Below, piece by piece: positions 17,987 to 28,468 of a DNA stretch of 64,000 nt. Under the pieces are notes generated by a model. The model did not search any database. It saw only the letters and a program-made list of their open reading frames with translations, and was not told the DNA's origin. Both the position numbers and the translations under genes were made by a program. Each line of letters begins with the position of its first letter. Position 1 is the stretch's first letter. Origin of the DNA: a virus; IMG/VR virus record IMGVR_UViG_3300033143_002274, positions 11,167 through 75,166 of that record. One strand, given 5' to 3'.

Positions 17987-19459
17987 ATGACATACCCTAT
18001 ATCGGCAGGGGTTTACCCACGTGAAGTTGATCAGAGTTTTATAGTACCAGCAGTAGCAAATAGCATTGGTGGTATAGTGATTTCGTCTGACAAAGGTAAT
18101 ACGGGCGAACTTAACCTTGTAACAAGTAACAAAGAATTTTTGGACACTTATGGTGATCCAGTTCCAGACAATCCATCAATGTATGCTGCTTTAGCATTCT
18201 TAGAGAAAGGCAATCGTTTATTAGTTGCACGTGCAATCAATGATGCGATAGTTGCTACCTCACCAGTATTAGACACTGATGGTACACCAACACTTGCATT
18301 CACAGTAAACGCGAAGAACGAAGGACTTTGGGGTAACAGTTTAACTGTTACAACTTCTGCTTCTGTCAACGACATTTTTACTCTGACTATTTTATTAGAC
18401 GCAGTTATAGTTGAAACTTTTGAAGTGACTCGTAATCCATTAGCAAAAAATGGTTTCGGACAAAGTATCTTCATCGAAGACGTAATTGACAAAAACTCAA
18501 TATATGTTTCTGTTGTTGATAATGCTGCTAACCCATACACTGTTGCCGATGTTGCTACAGTAACCGCACAAGCATTTACTGCTGGTGCTGATGATACTCT
18601 TGCACCAGATGATACAGATATCAATGCTGAGTGGGATCGCTTCGCAGTCAAAGAAGACGTTGAAGTAAGTCTGTTAATTAATGGTGGTTGGGCAACAATT
18701 GCTGTCCATGCAAAAATGATTGCAATAGCAGAAGCACGTAAAGATTGTTTTGCAATTCTTGATTTTCTTGAAGCTGACGATACCGTTGCTGAAATGGTTA
18801 CTTATACTGGTACTACTTTAAATGCGAACACTTCATACGCTGCAATCTATGCAGGTTGGGTTTACATTTATGACCAATACAATGACAAATATTTATATGT
18901 TCCACCTTCAGGTTATGTCGCAGGTGTATACGCTAATACTGCAAACGTAAGCGAAGTATGGTATGCACCAGCAGGTGTAAGACGTGGCGTGATGAATGTA
19001 CTGGGGGTTCAAACAGTATGGTCAGAAGGTGACAGAGACACTTTATACACTGCCAAAATTAACCCAATCCAGAATTTCACCGGAGAAGGTATTCAAGTAT
19101 ATGGTCAGAAGACACTTCAGACTGCTGCATCTGCATTAGATCGTGTAAACGTTCGTATGCTTATGATAACAATTGAAAAAGCACTTGAAAAAGCATTACG
19201 TCCATTTGTGTTCGAATTTAACGATACGTTCACCAGAGACAATATTGCTTCTATCATCAATTCTTATATGGAAGACATCAAAGTAAGACGTGGTGTTTAT
19301 GATTACTTGGCAGTTGTGGATGAAACCAATAACACTGCAATAGTCATTGACCAAAATAAATTGATTGTTGATTTGTATGTTAAGCCAACACGAGTAGCGG
19401 AATTCATTCAGATGAATGCTGTTATTACTGCAACTGGCGCAAGTTTTACAACGTCATAA
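17987..19459 (+). CDS. gp18: Tail sheath protein
   Basis: SAGVYPREVD, PPSG, WYAPAG.RRG, INPI, GQKT, DRVNVR, FEFND. Confidence 0.97.
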   Translation: MTYPISAGVYPREVDQSFIVPAVANSIGGIVISSDKGNTGELNLVTSNKEFLDTYGDPVPDNPSMYAALAFLEKGNRLLVARAINDAIVATSPVLDTDGTPTLAFTVNAKNEGLWGNSLTVTTSASVNDIFTLTILLDAVIVETFEVTRNPLAKNGFGQSIFIEDVIDKNSIYVSVVDNAANPYTVADVATVTAQAFTAGADDTLAPDDTDINAEWDRFAVKEDVEVSLLINGGWATIAVHAKMIAIAEARKDCFAILDFLEADDTVAEMVTYTGTTLNANTSYAAIYAGWVYIYDQYNDKYLYVPPSGYVAGVYANTANVSEVWYAPAGVRRGVMNVLGVQTVWSEGDRDTLYTAKINPIQNFTGEGIQVYGQKTLQTAASALDRVNVRMLMITIEKALEKALRPFVFEFNDTFTRDNIASIINSYMEDIKVRRGVYDYLAVVDETNNTAIVIDQNKLIVDLYVKPTRVAEFIQMNAVITATGASFTTS

Positions 19460-19477
19460 GATTAGGAGAAATATAAA

Positions 19478-19978
19478 ATGGCAAATATACAAGATATCCG
19501 CGCAATCAATACTCCACAAAAATCATATTTGTGGGAAGTTGATGTACAGGGTTTATCTACGGGTGGTGTTCAAAATATGTCTTTCTTTGCAAAGACTATT
19601 TCTATACCTCAAATTGCGGTAGAGCAAATCATAATCAACTACAAAGGGTTAAAGACTCACCACGCTGGTCGTGATGCATCTGGTCATACTGTGACTATCT
19701 CTTTCTGGGATGATGAAGCACAGACCATTCATAAGTTTTTTGATGATTGGTTTAACCTAGTTCTTAATCAAGAAAATGGTGCAAGTGCTGGACGTGATAT
19801 ATACTCTGCTGATTTGGTAATCCGGTTGATGGATTCTGCTGATGAAAATATTACAAGTACTATCAAGTTAACAAAAGTATTTCCAACCGATATGGCTGAA
19901 ATTGCTTTAAGTTATGATAGTTCAGAACCAGTTGAACACAGTATCACATTATCATTTGATGCTAAAATAATCGAGTAA
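19478..19978 (+). CDS. gp19: Tail tube protein
   Basis: Follows sheath; AGR, TISFWDD, FP..I.LSYD motifs. Confidence 0.85.
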   Translation: MANIQDIRAINTPQKSYLWEVDVQGLSTGGVQNMSFFAKTISIPQIAVEQIIINYKGLKTHHAGRDASGHTVTISFWDDEAQTIHKFFDDWFNLVLNQENGASAGRDIYSADLVIRLMDSADENITSTIKLTKVFPTDMAEIALSYDSSEPVEHSITLSFDAKIIE

Positions 19979-20006
19979 CAACATCCTTACAATGTAGGAT
20001 ATATTT

Positions 20007-20033
20007 GGGGAACAGCAATGTTCCCCTTTTTTT
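20007..20033 (+). terminator. Intrinsic terminator
   Basis: GGGGAACA-GCAA-TGTTCCCC-T7. Confidence 0.9.
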
Positions 20034-20049
20034 ATGGATAAATATAGTT

Positions 20050-20616
20050 ATGGGTTTCGACATACAAAATATCAGAGAAAAAGCACACAAGTTACGTGGA
20101 CTGAGGGATGCAGTTGGAAGCGCATTGTCTGGTGCAGTCAGTGACTTCTTACCAAAAAATCCACAGAAAAGTTATCTGTGGGATATTTCTATAGTGGGTA
20201 ATCAAACTGACATACAAACATTTGCCAAATCAGTTTCTATACCACAATCTTCAATTGATCCTATTTTAATGAGTTACATGGGTGAGAAAGTTTTTTACGC
20301 AGGGAAGGAATCATCACCAAAAACAATCACCATTACATTCTGGGATGATGAACGTACAACCATATTGAACTATCTTGATAATTGGTTCACAGAAGTTCAT
20401 GAAAATAAAACAGGTCATATGTTGTCTGAGAGTGGATATAGAAGAACCATAAGGTTAAATTTAACAGACAGTACCGATTTATCAAACACATCCATAACAA
20501 CGTTGTCTGGGGCATTCATTATAGACATAGCAGAAACACCATTATCTTATGAGAATTCTGATGCGGTTGAAGTGACTGCAACGTTCCAATACGAATTAAA
20601 GGAAATAGATGTATGA
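20050..20616 (+). CDS. Tail tube paralog (tube initiator, gp54/gp48-like); start refined to 20050
   Basis: PQKSYLW, FAKSVSIPQ, TFWDDE shared with gp19. Confidence 0.75.
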   Translation: MGFDIQNIREKAHKLRGLRDAVGSALSGAVSDFLPKNPQKSYLWDISIVGNQTDIQTFAKSVSIPQSSIDPILMSYMGEKVFYAGKESSPKTITITFWDDERTTILNYLDNWFTEVHENKTGHMLSESGYRRTIRLNLTDSTDLSNTSITTLSGAFIIDIAETPLSYENSDAVEVTATFQYELKEIDV

Positions 20617-21308
20617 CATATAATATAGCAGATGTCATAACACAAAAACAATCTGAATCACCAATGCGTAGTTACTTGTGGCGAGTGCTATTACCCGATC
20701 TTACTGTTGGGTTACAAAACTCAGGTGCGGTATATGGTGATGGTGTTCGTGATGCCGAGATATTATTTGCTACTACCTCTAATATTAATCAAGATTTGAG
20801 TACACGTGTAACAAACATAACAATACCATTCAGCAATATTGAAACTGACAAGGCCATAAAAGGAAACTCCTTTTGGTATTATGCCAAACAGAATGATATC
20901 GGTAATATCAGTTTTGAAATACACGAACATGAAGATGGCAAAACATTACAGTACTTTGAAGCATGGCAAAACTTAATGGGGAATACTGATGGTACATATA
21001 ACGCGCCTGTCATATACAAACAGAATGTTAAATTCTATCGTCTGAGTTCCAACAAGCAAGACATTGTTGTACATACTTATGCTGGGTATTTCGTAAGTGG
21101 TATTGCTGATCTAAGTAATGATTATGAATCTAATGATATTGTAAAATATGCTATAAACCTAACAGGTGATTCAGTAAAACATGAGACATTTAGTGTTGCA
21201 GGACTCAAAACCGTCACAACCAAAGAGAACACACTTTTAGATTTGGGTACTATATTGGATGCAGGGAACATTGCACTTGGAACAGGGGAACTAAATTTAC
21301 CCTTCTAA
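20613..21308 (+). CDS. Tail tube paralog
   Basis: PMRSYLW..ITIP..YFEAWQ tube-fold pattern. Confidence 0.65.
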   Translation: MTYNIADVITQKQSESPMRSYLWRVLLPDLTVGLQNSGAVYGDGVRDAEILFATTSNINQDLSTRVTNITIPFSNIETDKAIKGNSFWYYAKQNDIGNISFEIHEHEDGKTLQYFEAWQNLMGNTDGTYNAPVIYKQNVKFYRLSSNKQDIVVHTYAGYFVSGIADLSNDYESNDIVKYAINLTGDSVKHETFSVAGLKTVTTKENTLLDLGTILDAGNIALGTGELNLPF

Positions 21309-21341
21309 ATAACAACATAAATAAGAATAAAGGGGAATCAA

Positions 21342-22175
21342 ATGTTTGAAGAAGAAAACCAAGACGAAGTTACCAAAAAAGAAAAACCAAAAAAGAAAGC
21401 ATCAAAACCAAAAGAAGATCTGAGTGTGAAGTATTACTCTGTGGATCTTCCATCTAAAGGTATGCTTGATTATCCAGAAGAAGTTGAATACAGGGACATC
21501 CTTGTACGTGATGAAAAAATCTTATCTGCTGCCACTTCAGTAAATTTTCAATCTATAATTAACAAAGTACTGAAATCATTATTAAAAGACGATGAAGTGT
21601 TTGACCAACTTACGATCTATGATCGTGATTACCTTATGTTGTGGGTATGGGCAAACAACTATACAACCACCAAAGATTTCGATGTAACATGTGATTACTG
21701 TACGAATGTAGATCATATTACAGTTGATGTTACCAAAACTGATATTACAGAATTATCTGACGAATATGAAAATCCATTTGAATATACATTAAGTAATGGT
21801 TCGGCAGTGAACCTAAGACTGCTCACTGTTAAAGATGAAGAAATTGCAGAAAATTTTACTAAAAAGAATAAAAAAGATTCAGTGGAATCCGTCTTATTCG
21901 CCATGAGTATTGACATAGGCAAAGTAATGATGCTCCCCCAAAAGTTGAAATGGATCGAAGATAACATCAACGGACATGACATGGGGATGATCAGGGGATT
22001 CCAAGAGTATTTCAAATATGGTATTGATGATAAAGTTGAACATACCTGTACATCGTGCGGTGAGGTCACGACTCACACTATACCCTTTTCTCTCGAATTC
22101 TTTATGCCAACCTTACGAAACGATTTTGCGAAAATGCTTCGAACTAACAAGCGGTCTAAGCATAAGTCCACTTGA
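21342..22175 (+). CDS. gp26: Baseplate hub assembly chaperone
   Basis: LPSKG, DE.IL, DRDYLM, CDYC and CTSC pairs, LEFF. Confidence 0.85.
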   Translation: MFEEENQDEVTKKEKPKKKASKPKEDLSVKYYSVDLPSKGMLDYPEEVEYRDILVRDEKILSAATSVNFQSIINKVLKSLLKDDEVFDQLTIYDRDYLMLWVWANNYTTTKDFDVTCDYCTNVDHITVDVTKTDITELSDEYENPFEYTLSNGSAVNLRLLTVKDEEIAENFTKKNKKDSVESVLFAMSIDIGKVMMLPQKLKWIEDNINGHDMGMIRGFQEYFKYGIDDKVEHTCTSCGEVTTHTIPFSLEFFMPTLRNDFAKMLRTNKRSKHKST

Positions 22176-22269
22176 TGTAGACTTGATGACAGTCACAGAG
22201 GTAAGATATTACCTTAAGTGGTTGAATGAAAAAATAAAACGTGAGAACGATGCTATTCGTAATTCGTAA
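22084..22269 (+). CDS. gp51: gp51-like assembly chaperone, no convincing start; probably reached by +1 frameshift from gp26
   Basis: YETILRKCFEL..ISPLDVDLMTVTEVRYYLKWLNEKIKREN. Confidence 0.6.
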   Translation, partial: PFLSNSLCQPYETILRKCFELTSGLSISPLDVDLMTVTEVRYYLKWLNEKIKRENDAIRNS

Positions 22270-22311
22270 TTGTATAAATACCATATATAAATTACAAATT
22301 AAGGATAGCAT

Positions 22312-23256
22312 ATGTTTGATCACCAAGCAGTAGTAGAAGAAGCATACAACTTACTGACAAATAACAGTATTTTAACTGAAGCACAAGATATTTTTAAAGG
22401 ATACGTCTACAAGGACAAATCACGTTTAGCTGGTGGTCGTTTAAAAAGAAACATTTTTGATTTCAGGAAACATCTTACGAGTACGATTGACAAGTTACAA
22501 CCACTCTTTATTGTGGGGTACAACCTTGAAGACAGTCACTTATTCTATGAAATTTGGTATCTTCCATTTGACGGTGAATACATTATCGTAGACAAATTTG
22601 GCAAGCGTACTACCAAGTTTAAAAAACATTCAACTATAACCAAAGCAGTAGATGAACTTGTGGATATGATTAGTACAATCGACCCAGAAGATCTGTACGA
22701 CCTTGATGAATTAGAACTTGACGTTGATGATTTGGAAGACGAATTGGATGACGCGAAAAAACGTGTGGAATTCAAAAAACTTGAGAAAGAATTTGGTAAA
22801 GCATCACGTGGTGCTATCAAGCAGTTCGAATGCAAATCTTATGAAGAAATCGAAACACTACTTGAACAAAATATAACCTCACGTGGGTTACTTGCAGATT
22901 TGATTAATGCCAGTGTTGTTGAATACAAAGAAACCAGAATGAATCGTAATAAGATTAATTCTGCATGGAAGTTCTTATTGGGGCGAGACATTACATACCC
23001 AACCAAATATCTTGGTGGTGGAATCAAAAACGCAGTACTCAAATTGATAGGCAAAGATCGTGAAGCATCATTTGTTGTAGGATACTCATTAGCTGATAAA
23101 CTCAACTTCGAAATCTGGTTTGTCAAATCAATTAATTCTGGTAAAGGTAGCTTCTATGTATTTGATATCACATCAGCTAAAGTTTTAGCCAAAAATCTAC
23201 CCAATATGCGTCAGGCATATGCACACATTGCAAAGAAAATTACAACTAAGGTCTAA
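22312..23256 (+). CDS. Late protein with two similar domains, putative internal head protein
   Basis: TATAAATA 22273-22280; ILTEA site; repeated F(I/V)VGY.L.D....EIW(Y/F). Confidence 0.6.
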   Translation: MFDHQAVVEEAYNLLTNNSILTEAQDIFKGYVYKDKSRLAGGRLKRNIFDFRKHLTSTIDKLQPLFIVGYNLEDSHLFYEIWYLPFDGEYIIVDKFGKRTTKFKKHSTITKAVDELVDMISTIDPEDLYDLDELELDVDDLEDELDDAKKRVEFKKLEKEFGKASRGAIKQFECKSYEEIETLLEQNITSRGLLADLINASVVEYKETRMNRNKINSAWKFLLGRDITYPTKYLGGGIKNAVLKLIGKDREASFVVGYSLADKLNFEIWFVKSINSGKGSFYVFDITSAKVLAKNLPNMRQAYAHIAKKITTKV

Positions 23257-23260
23257 GTAA

Positions 23261-25474
23261 ATGCCTATTGATGAAGATATAAATAAGCAACATCTTAAGG
23301 ACTTTGTTGGTGAAATTGAGAAGATAAGATTTGATATACGTAAGAGTGCGATACTTAACAAAGGTAGCGACAAATACATACGTAACCTTGAAAGGCTAAT
23401 CAAGACCTCAAAAGAAATCATTGGTGGCACTGCTTCCAAAAACGCCGATAAAAAGTTTGAAAAATTAGTTCGTGATACCGATCTGTCTTTACGTATGCTT
23501 CGTAAAAAGAATCGTAAGGATGAAGAATTCCAAGAAGAATTTACTAATGTATTTGGTGACATAAAAGAATCACAAGACGCATCTGTTGGTGTGTTCAAGA
23601 AGATTAATTCATCACTGAAGAACATGACAAGCAATATTGCTCTTATGTCAGAGGCTTCAGCTAAGGACGTTGAAGACACCGGATTAAGTTTCCTTACTGG
23701 CGCATTTGGCGCAATAGCAAAAGAAACTGCTGGCATAGATAAAGTATCTGATATAGGTGGTAAAATCACTGGTATGTTTGGCAGTGATATTAAAGGTCAG
23801 GCACATGATGGCATGACTTCTATACCAAGTGAAGGTACGTATAACCTTGATGGTGGTGAGCGCGTTCTTGCCCCTGAACAAAATAAAGATTTAAGTTCAT
23901 TCCTTCAGAACGATGGGGGTGGGGGTGTATCATCTACCTTCCTTAAAAACATTGAAGAAAATACTGAAATATTATCAAATGGTAAACCAATAGACGTATT
24001 CAACAAAGATCATAATCCAGCATATTTTAATTCTATTATTGATAATGATGACAGACTCAGTATTGAAAATGAAACTATTGAAAAGAAACGTCATAAAGAA
24101 GTTAAGACTAAGTTTGAAATTTTGGGTGATATCCTCACACGTGTGGGGGATTCATGGTTAACTGATTTTGTTATCGGCATACAGATATGGAGTAAACGGT
24201 TTGCGCGTCACCCAATACTATCAACAATGGGATTGTTGTTAAAAACATTCACTAAGTTCAGTGGTATAGGATTTCTATTAAAGAAACTTGGTGGGTTCTT
24301 TTTTGGTAAAAAAGCTAAAACTGATACTGACAGAATCGTTCATGCAAATGAAGATATCATAAGTGCTATTAAAGGTGAGGCAGCAGAAGACCGTAGAGGT
24401 ATTTTTGGGAAAGCGTTTGATGCCATAACGGGAATTATTGGAAGAAAAAAAGATCAAGTTAAAGAGAAAGCAATAACTCTTGGTAAATCTGCACTAAAAG
24501 ATATGGGTGGTATGTTCAGTAAGGGATTGAAGTCTTCCAAATTTGGTAAAATGTTCAGTGGTATTGGTAAGAAGTTTGATAAGGGTTTCAAAAATCTTAA
24601 CAAACAGTTACCAAGAAAACGTGATGCCAAAGGACGATTTGCTAAACGTGACAAGACTGAAATCTTAATTGAAACAATGAAACGTATGTCTCAAGGCGTA
24701 TGGGGTATTCTTAAGGTCAATGAAGATGCTGCTGATGAAGCTAAGAAAGGCAAAGGTGGTGGTGGTATATTTGGTAAGCTATTAGGTGGTGCAAAAGGTT
24801 TTGCTAAATTTGGTAAAAGAATAGTGATGATGATTGGACTTGGTTTGATGACCGGACTAAAAGTTTTTGGGGCAAAAATGTTTGCAGTTGTTGGAACAAA
24901 AATGTTTGGAATGTTGGGACTTGCATTAGCTGGTGGTGGTCTGATTGGAACATACTTAATTAACCCATTACTCAACTGGATTGATAGTACTTTCGGCACA
25001 AGTATCGTCAGTATGATTGGTGGGTTGATGACTAAAATTATAGCAGGTCTTGAAAACTTACCTGTGATTGGTGGTCTGATATCAAGTATTACGGGTGGTG
25101 CAGCAACCCAAGCATTAGCAGTTAATAAATCTAATGCACCATCAGAAAACCAAGTTAGTGGTATGCAAAATGTTGCAGCACGTGTTAAGTCAGGTGAACT
25201 CGAAAAAGGGTCTGCTGAAGTACTTGCCTTTTTTGACCAAATCAAAAAAGGTGATTATCAAATTGTACCTGTTACACAACAAGGTGAAAGCATAATCGAC
25301 AAAACACAAATTGTAACTCAAAAAATAGAAAAGAAAATGTCAGAAGCTGCAATGTTCATGAAGCAACAAGCTGCTGCCGTTACAAACAATGTGGTAAATA
25401 ATACACAACAGGTAATGAAAACATTACCGGCAGTAAGAGATTTAGATACAGTAGCAGCATCATTCAGAGGATAA
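23261..25474 (+). CDS. Tail tape measure protein
   Basis: 737 aa helical Gly/Lys-rich with hydrophobic stretches; between gp26 and baseplate genes. Confidence 0.75.
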   Translation: MPIDEDINKQHLKDFVGEIEKIRFDIRKSAILNKGSDKYIRNLERLIKTSKEIIGGTASKNADKKFEKLVRDTDLSLRMLRKKNRKDEEFQEEFTNVFGDIKESQDASVGVFKKINSSLKNMTSNIALMSEASAKDVEDTGLSFLTGAFGAIAKETAGIDKVSDIGGKITGMFGSDIKGQAHDGMTSIPSEGTYNLDGGERVLAPEQNKDLSSFLQNDGGGGVSSTFLKNIEENTEILSNGKPIDVFNKDHNPAYFNSIIDNDDRLSIENETIEKKRHKEVKTKFEILGDILTRVGDSWLTDFVIGIQIWSKRFARHPILSTMGLLLKTFTKFSGIGFLLKKLGGFFFGKKAKTDTDRIVHANEDIISAIKGEAAEDRRGIFGKAFDAITGIIGRKKDQVKEKAITLGKSALKDMGGMFSKGLKSSKFGKMFSGIGKKFDKGFKNLNKQLPRKRDAKGRFAKRDKTEILIETMKRMSQGVWGILKVNEDAADEAKKGKGGGGIFGKLLGGAKGFAKFGKRIVMMIGLGLMTGLKVFGAKMFAVVGTKMFGMLGLALAGGGLIGTYLINPLLNWIDSTFGTSIVSMIGGLMTKIIAGLENLPVIGGLISSITGGAATQALAVNKSNAPSENQVSGMQNVAARVKSGELEKGSAEVLAFFDQIKKGDYQIVPVTQQGESIIDKTQIVTQKIEKKMSEAAMFMKQQAAAVTNNVVNNTQQVMKTLPAVRDLDTVAASFRG

Positions 25475-25475
25475 G

Positions 25476-26177
25476 ATGGCAAAACATTTACATATAAACG
25501 AAAACGACCCCAGACAACTTATTCATTTCATAGATAATATTCATGGTCTGACTGTTCGGGCAAATATGCCTGAAACAATGACTGTGGGTGTTGCAAGTGA
25601 TATCGGTTCACCTTTTGCTGGATATGCCAGTGAAGGTACTGCTGCCAAAGTGTTAGCGTTAACAACGGGCGCATCAAGTAAAATTGGTATCGTAACCAAA
25701 AAACTATTCATGGGGGTAGATCAACCTGATATAAGTGTAGATATAAAATTTGAGGCATATTATTCTGCACTTGATGAAGTAGTAATACCTGCGATAAAAC
25801 TTATGATGATCGGTACAGCCGAAGAAAAAAGTCTTGAAGGTGCGGTAAAAGATTTCGCAAAACTAATGGAAGCAGGTGAAACAGCTTTTGCTGATGTATC
25901 AGCAAGGATAGTAAGGGCAAAAAGAGTTGATACTGATAAACTGATTAACTACCTGAAAACACCAGCAGTAATCAAAGTAAAATTTGGTGATATTTTTACA
26001 GTACGTAATGCGTTCTTGTCAAGTGTATCTGTTTCGTTCAGTAATGTACTTGACAGTGACTTTCTTCCTATGGAAGCAACTGTGTCAGTGACAATAACAC
26101 CACAAGATCCATTTACTAAAAATGAAGTTATCACGATGTTCGCCAATCGTATTCAGAAGAAAAAGGCCAAAAAATAA
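25476..26177 (+). CDS. Baseplate/tail tube cap-like protein
   Basis: Position after TMP; VKFG..FLSSVSVSF..PMEATVSVTI. Confidence 0.55.
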   Translation: MAKHLHINENDPRQLIHFIDNIHGLTVRANMPETMTVGVASDIGSPFAGYASEGTAAKVLALTTGASSKIGIVTKKLFMGVDQPDISVDIKFEAYYSALDEVVIPAIKLMMIGTAEEKSLEGAVKDFAKLMEAGETAFADVSARIVRAKRVDTDKLINYLKTPAVIKVKFGDIFTVRNAFLSSVSVSFSNVLDSDFLPMEATVSVTITPQDPFTKNEVITMFANRIQKKKAKK

Positions 26178-26524
26178 TGCTTACTGAAAGAAAAGATTTG
26201 TATAGTAAAGTTATGGTTGATGACAACAAAGAATTGGATTTACTTGATTCAAAGATACCTAATTTTGAATTTAACAGTTACACAACATTTACTGTGCCAC
26301 AATTTGCCGAAGGAAGAATCGACATAATATCTTTTATAAAATACGATAATGTTAATCTGTGGTGGATGATAGCTCAAGCAAATGAAATCATAGACCCATT
26401 AACAGAATTATATATGGGGAGAGTGTTACTTATACCAGATTTGTCAGAGTACTACACATTTTATAATGCTAATTCTTCGTTAGATGAAATAGAAGAAGTG
26501 TTCGACAAAAGAATCATAACTTAA
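26177..26524 (+). CDS. gp53: Baseplate wedge LysM-like protein
   Basis: GRIDIIS..Y..LWWMIAQAN.I.DP..G..L.IP. Confidence 0.85.
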   Translation: MLTERKDLYSKVMVDDNKELDLLDSKIPNFEFNSYTTFTVPQFAEGRIDIISFIKYDNVNLWWMIAQANEIIDPLTELYMGRVLLIPDLSEYYTFYNANSSLDEIEEVFDKRIIT

Positions 26525-27738
26525 TGGCTGAAACTAAAAATATAGTTTTATTTGAAGAAAATTGGGTAGATAATTTTTACATAAAGTTAGAATCAACCCA
26601 TGATACTGCCGCGTCTGGATTACAGATAAGCAGTATTGGAGTCACCGAAACCCTGTCATCAGGATCACCCTTCTTGGTTATGTATATACAAGACGCATTT
26701 GGTGATTTGATTAACCATACTTATATTTCTCCTGATGCGGTTTATGATTTATACATAGGGAAAGACAAAGATGATAATACAAAAAGTTCATTTTCTATGT
26801 CAGTTAATAATATGGAGAATGTCCATGTTGGTAAGACTGAAACGATTGCATTAGATTTAACATTCATGAGTGACAAGTGGAATAAATTTATAAGAGAAGC
26901 ACATTCGCGCTCATGGAAAGACACATCATATAGTGATGTTGTAAAAGACATAATTACTGAAAATGAATTTAGTGATGTGGACGTGGAAACTACCCAAGGT
27001 AGGTATGATGTAATTCAGCCTAATTGGAGTAACATGAAATTTGTAAAATGGTTATCACAGCAAGCGGTTAACACTGAGGGTAACACCGGATATGATTTCG
27101 GAGTTACATTGGACAACAGAATGATTTTTAAATCACTGGATACTCTATACAAAAGTAAACCGAAAAGATCAGTGATACTTGCTGCTCCTAACAATGAATT
27201 TGAATTTTCATTTCATAATTTTTCAATCAAACAAAATTATGCTCCTATGATAATTCAGGGTGCAGGTGGATTGACCTATACGTATTTTGATTATGATACT
27301 AAAACATATATCACTGACACAAAAACCGTTGAAGATTCTGGCACAAGACAATTATCCGATTGGGCATTCATAGCAGAAAGTCACAATACTGCAACAAAAA
27401 TACATGATGGGGGGCGTGATATTGATACCCCGACAGTAGCAGAATCAAAGATAACATCTGTTGCTAACTCTATACAGAAGGTATCTATCAATATGGTAGG
27501 TGATTTTGACCTGCATATAGGGGATGTCATCAATATTTTAATTCCGTCATCTGAATTTTCAACAACATTATTGAATGAAAAGTATTCTGGGTACTGGTTG
27601 ATTGGTGAGATATTACAAGATGTTGATTTTGTTAACAAAACATTTCAATCTAATATTACTCTTATTCGTGCTGGGATAAACGGAACAGAACTAAAAGGAT
27701 TAGTTAAGACTACTAAAGGAAAACAGTTAGGTAAATAA
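26524..27738 (+). CDS. Baseplate hub protein (gp27/VgrG-N-like)
   Basis: SW...YSDVV, IQPNWS, GD..L.IGD.I, YSG.WLI pattern; position. Confidence 0.7.
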   Translation: MAETKNIVLFEENWVDNFYIKLESTHDTAASGLQISSIGVTETLSSGSPFLVMYIQDAFGDLINHTYISPDAVYDLYIGKDKDDNTKSSFSMSVNNMENVHVGKTETIALDLTFMSDKWNKFIREAHSRSWKDTSYSDVVKDIITENEFSDVDVETTQGRYDVIQPNWSNMKFVKWLSQQAVNTEGNTGYDFGVTLDNRMIFKSLDTLYKSKPKRSVILAAPNNEFEFSFHNFSIKQNYAPMIIQGAGGLTYTYFDYDTKTYITDTKTVEDSGTRQLSDWAFIAESHNTATKIHDGGRDIDTPTVAESKITSVANSIQKVSINMVGDFDLHIGDVINILIPSSEFSTTLLNEKYSGYWLIGEILQDVDFVNKTFQSNITLIRAGINGTELKGLVKTTKGKQLGK

Positions 27739-27742
27739 GGAT

Positions 27743-28468
27743 ATGAAACTAGATGTATTAATGGAACGTATCAGCCTCAGTGGAGCAAATGATGATATTG
27801 ATGAAATGGATGATGCCTATGATGAATTGGCATTGCTTAATCTTGCGTTCAAAAAAAATGATTTGGGCATTTTGATAAACAAACAGGGTGACAACCTTGA
27901 TATGAATGATGTCCGTGAAATCAAACGAAAACTTGCAGGTATAATACGTAGCAATCCAATCATTGATGGGTCAGATGTTAAACGTGGTCGTGATGGATAT
28001 GAAAAATTAAGATTGATTGGTCGTGGGGTTGGTCATGGATTAGAACTTACGGCAACAGCAGCATTGACCGGAGCATTAGGAGCACTAACCGTTACGTCTG
28101 TGGGTGTACCCATTGTATCAATATTAAGCGGTACAGCAGCAGTAGGCGCAGCAGCATTAGCAAAACACCAGTTCGGCATTCTTGGTAGCTTAAAAGCAAC
28201 GTCACGTCTTATAGATGCTCTGGATGCGTATGAAGACTTGAACCCCAAAGCACGAAAGCGGTCTTTCTTGAAACGGTTGGTTGATAAACTTACATTCAAA
28301 TCTAAAGATGAAATCAAAAAAGACACACTTAAACAAATAAAGAATGCAAGCAAAAAAGCACAACGTAAATTTGAAAAAAGTATGAAGGGATTCCCGCGAT
28401 ACATTGAATACCACGAAGGTGGCGAAGTTAAGAAGATAGCAGTTGCAACCTTATTTAAAGATTTATAA
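27743..28468 (+). CDS. Putative internal head protein with hydrophobic Gly/Ala hairpin
   Basis: MKLDVLME leader, two hydrophobic helices, basic tail. Confidence 0.55.
   Translation: MKLDVLMERISLSGANDDIDEMDDAYDELALLNLAFKKNDLGILINKQGDNLDMNDVREIKRKLAGIIRSNPIIDGSDVKRGRDGYEKLRLIGRGVGHGLELTATAALTGALGALTVTSVGVPIVSILSGTAAVGAAALAKHQFGILGSLKATSRLIDALDAYEDLNPKARKRSFLKRLVDKLTFKSKDEIKKDTLKQIKNASKKAQRKFEKSMKGFPRYIEYHEGGEVKKIAVATLFKDL

Noticed and set aside
19478-21308. Three tandem tail-tube-like genes as a novelty
   Set aside because: Tube-fold paralogs (gp19/gp48/gp54) are normal in contractile tails
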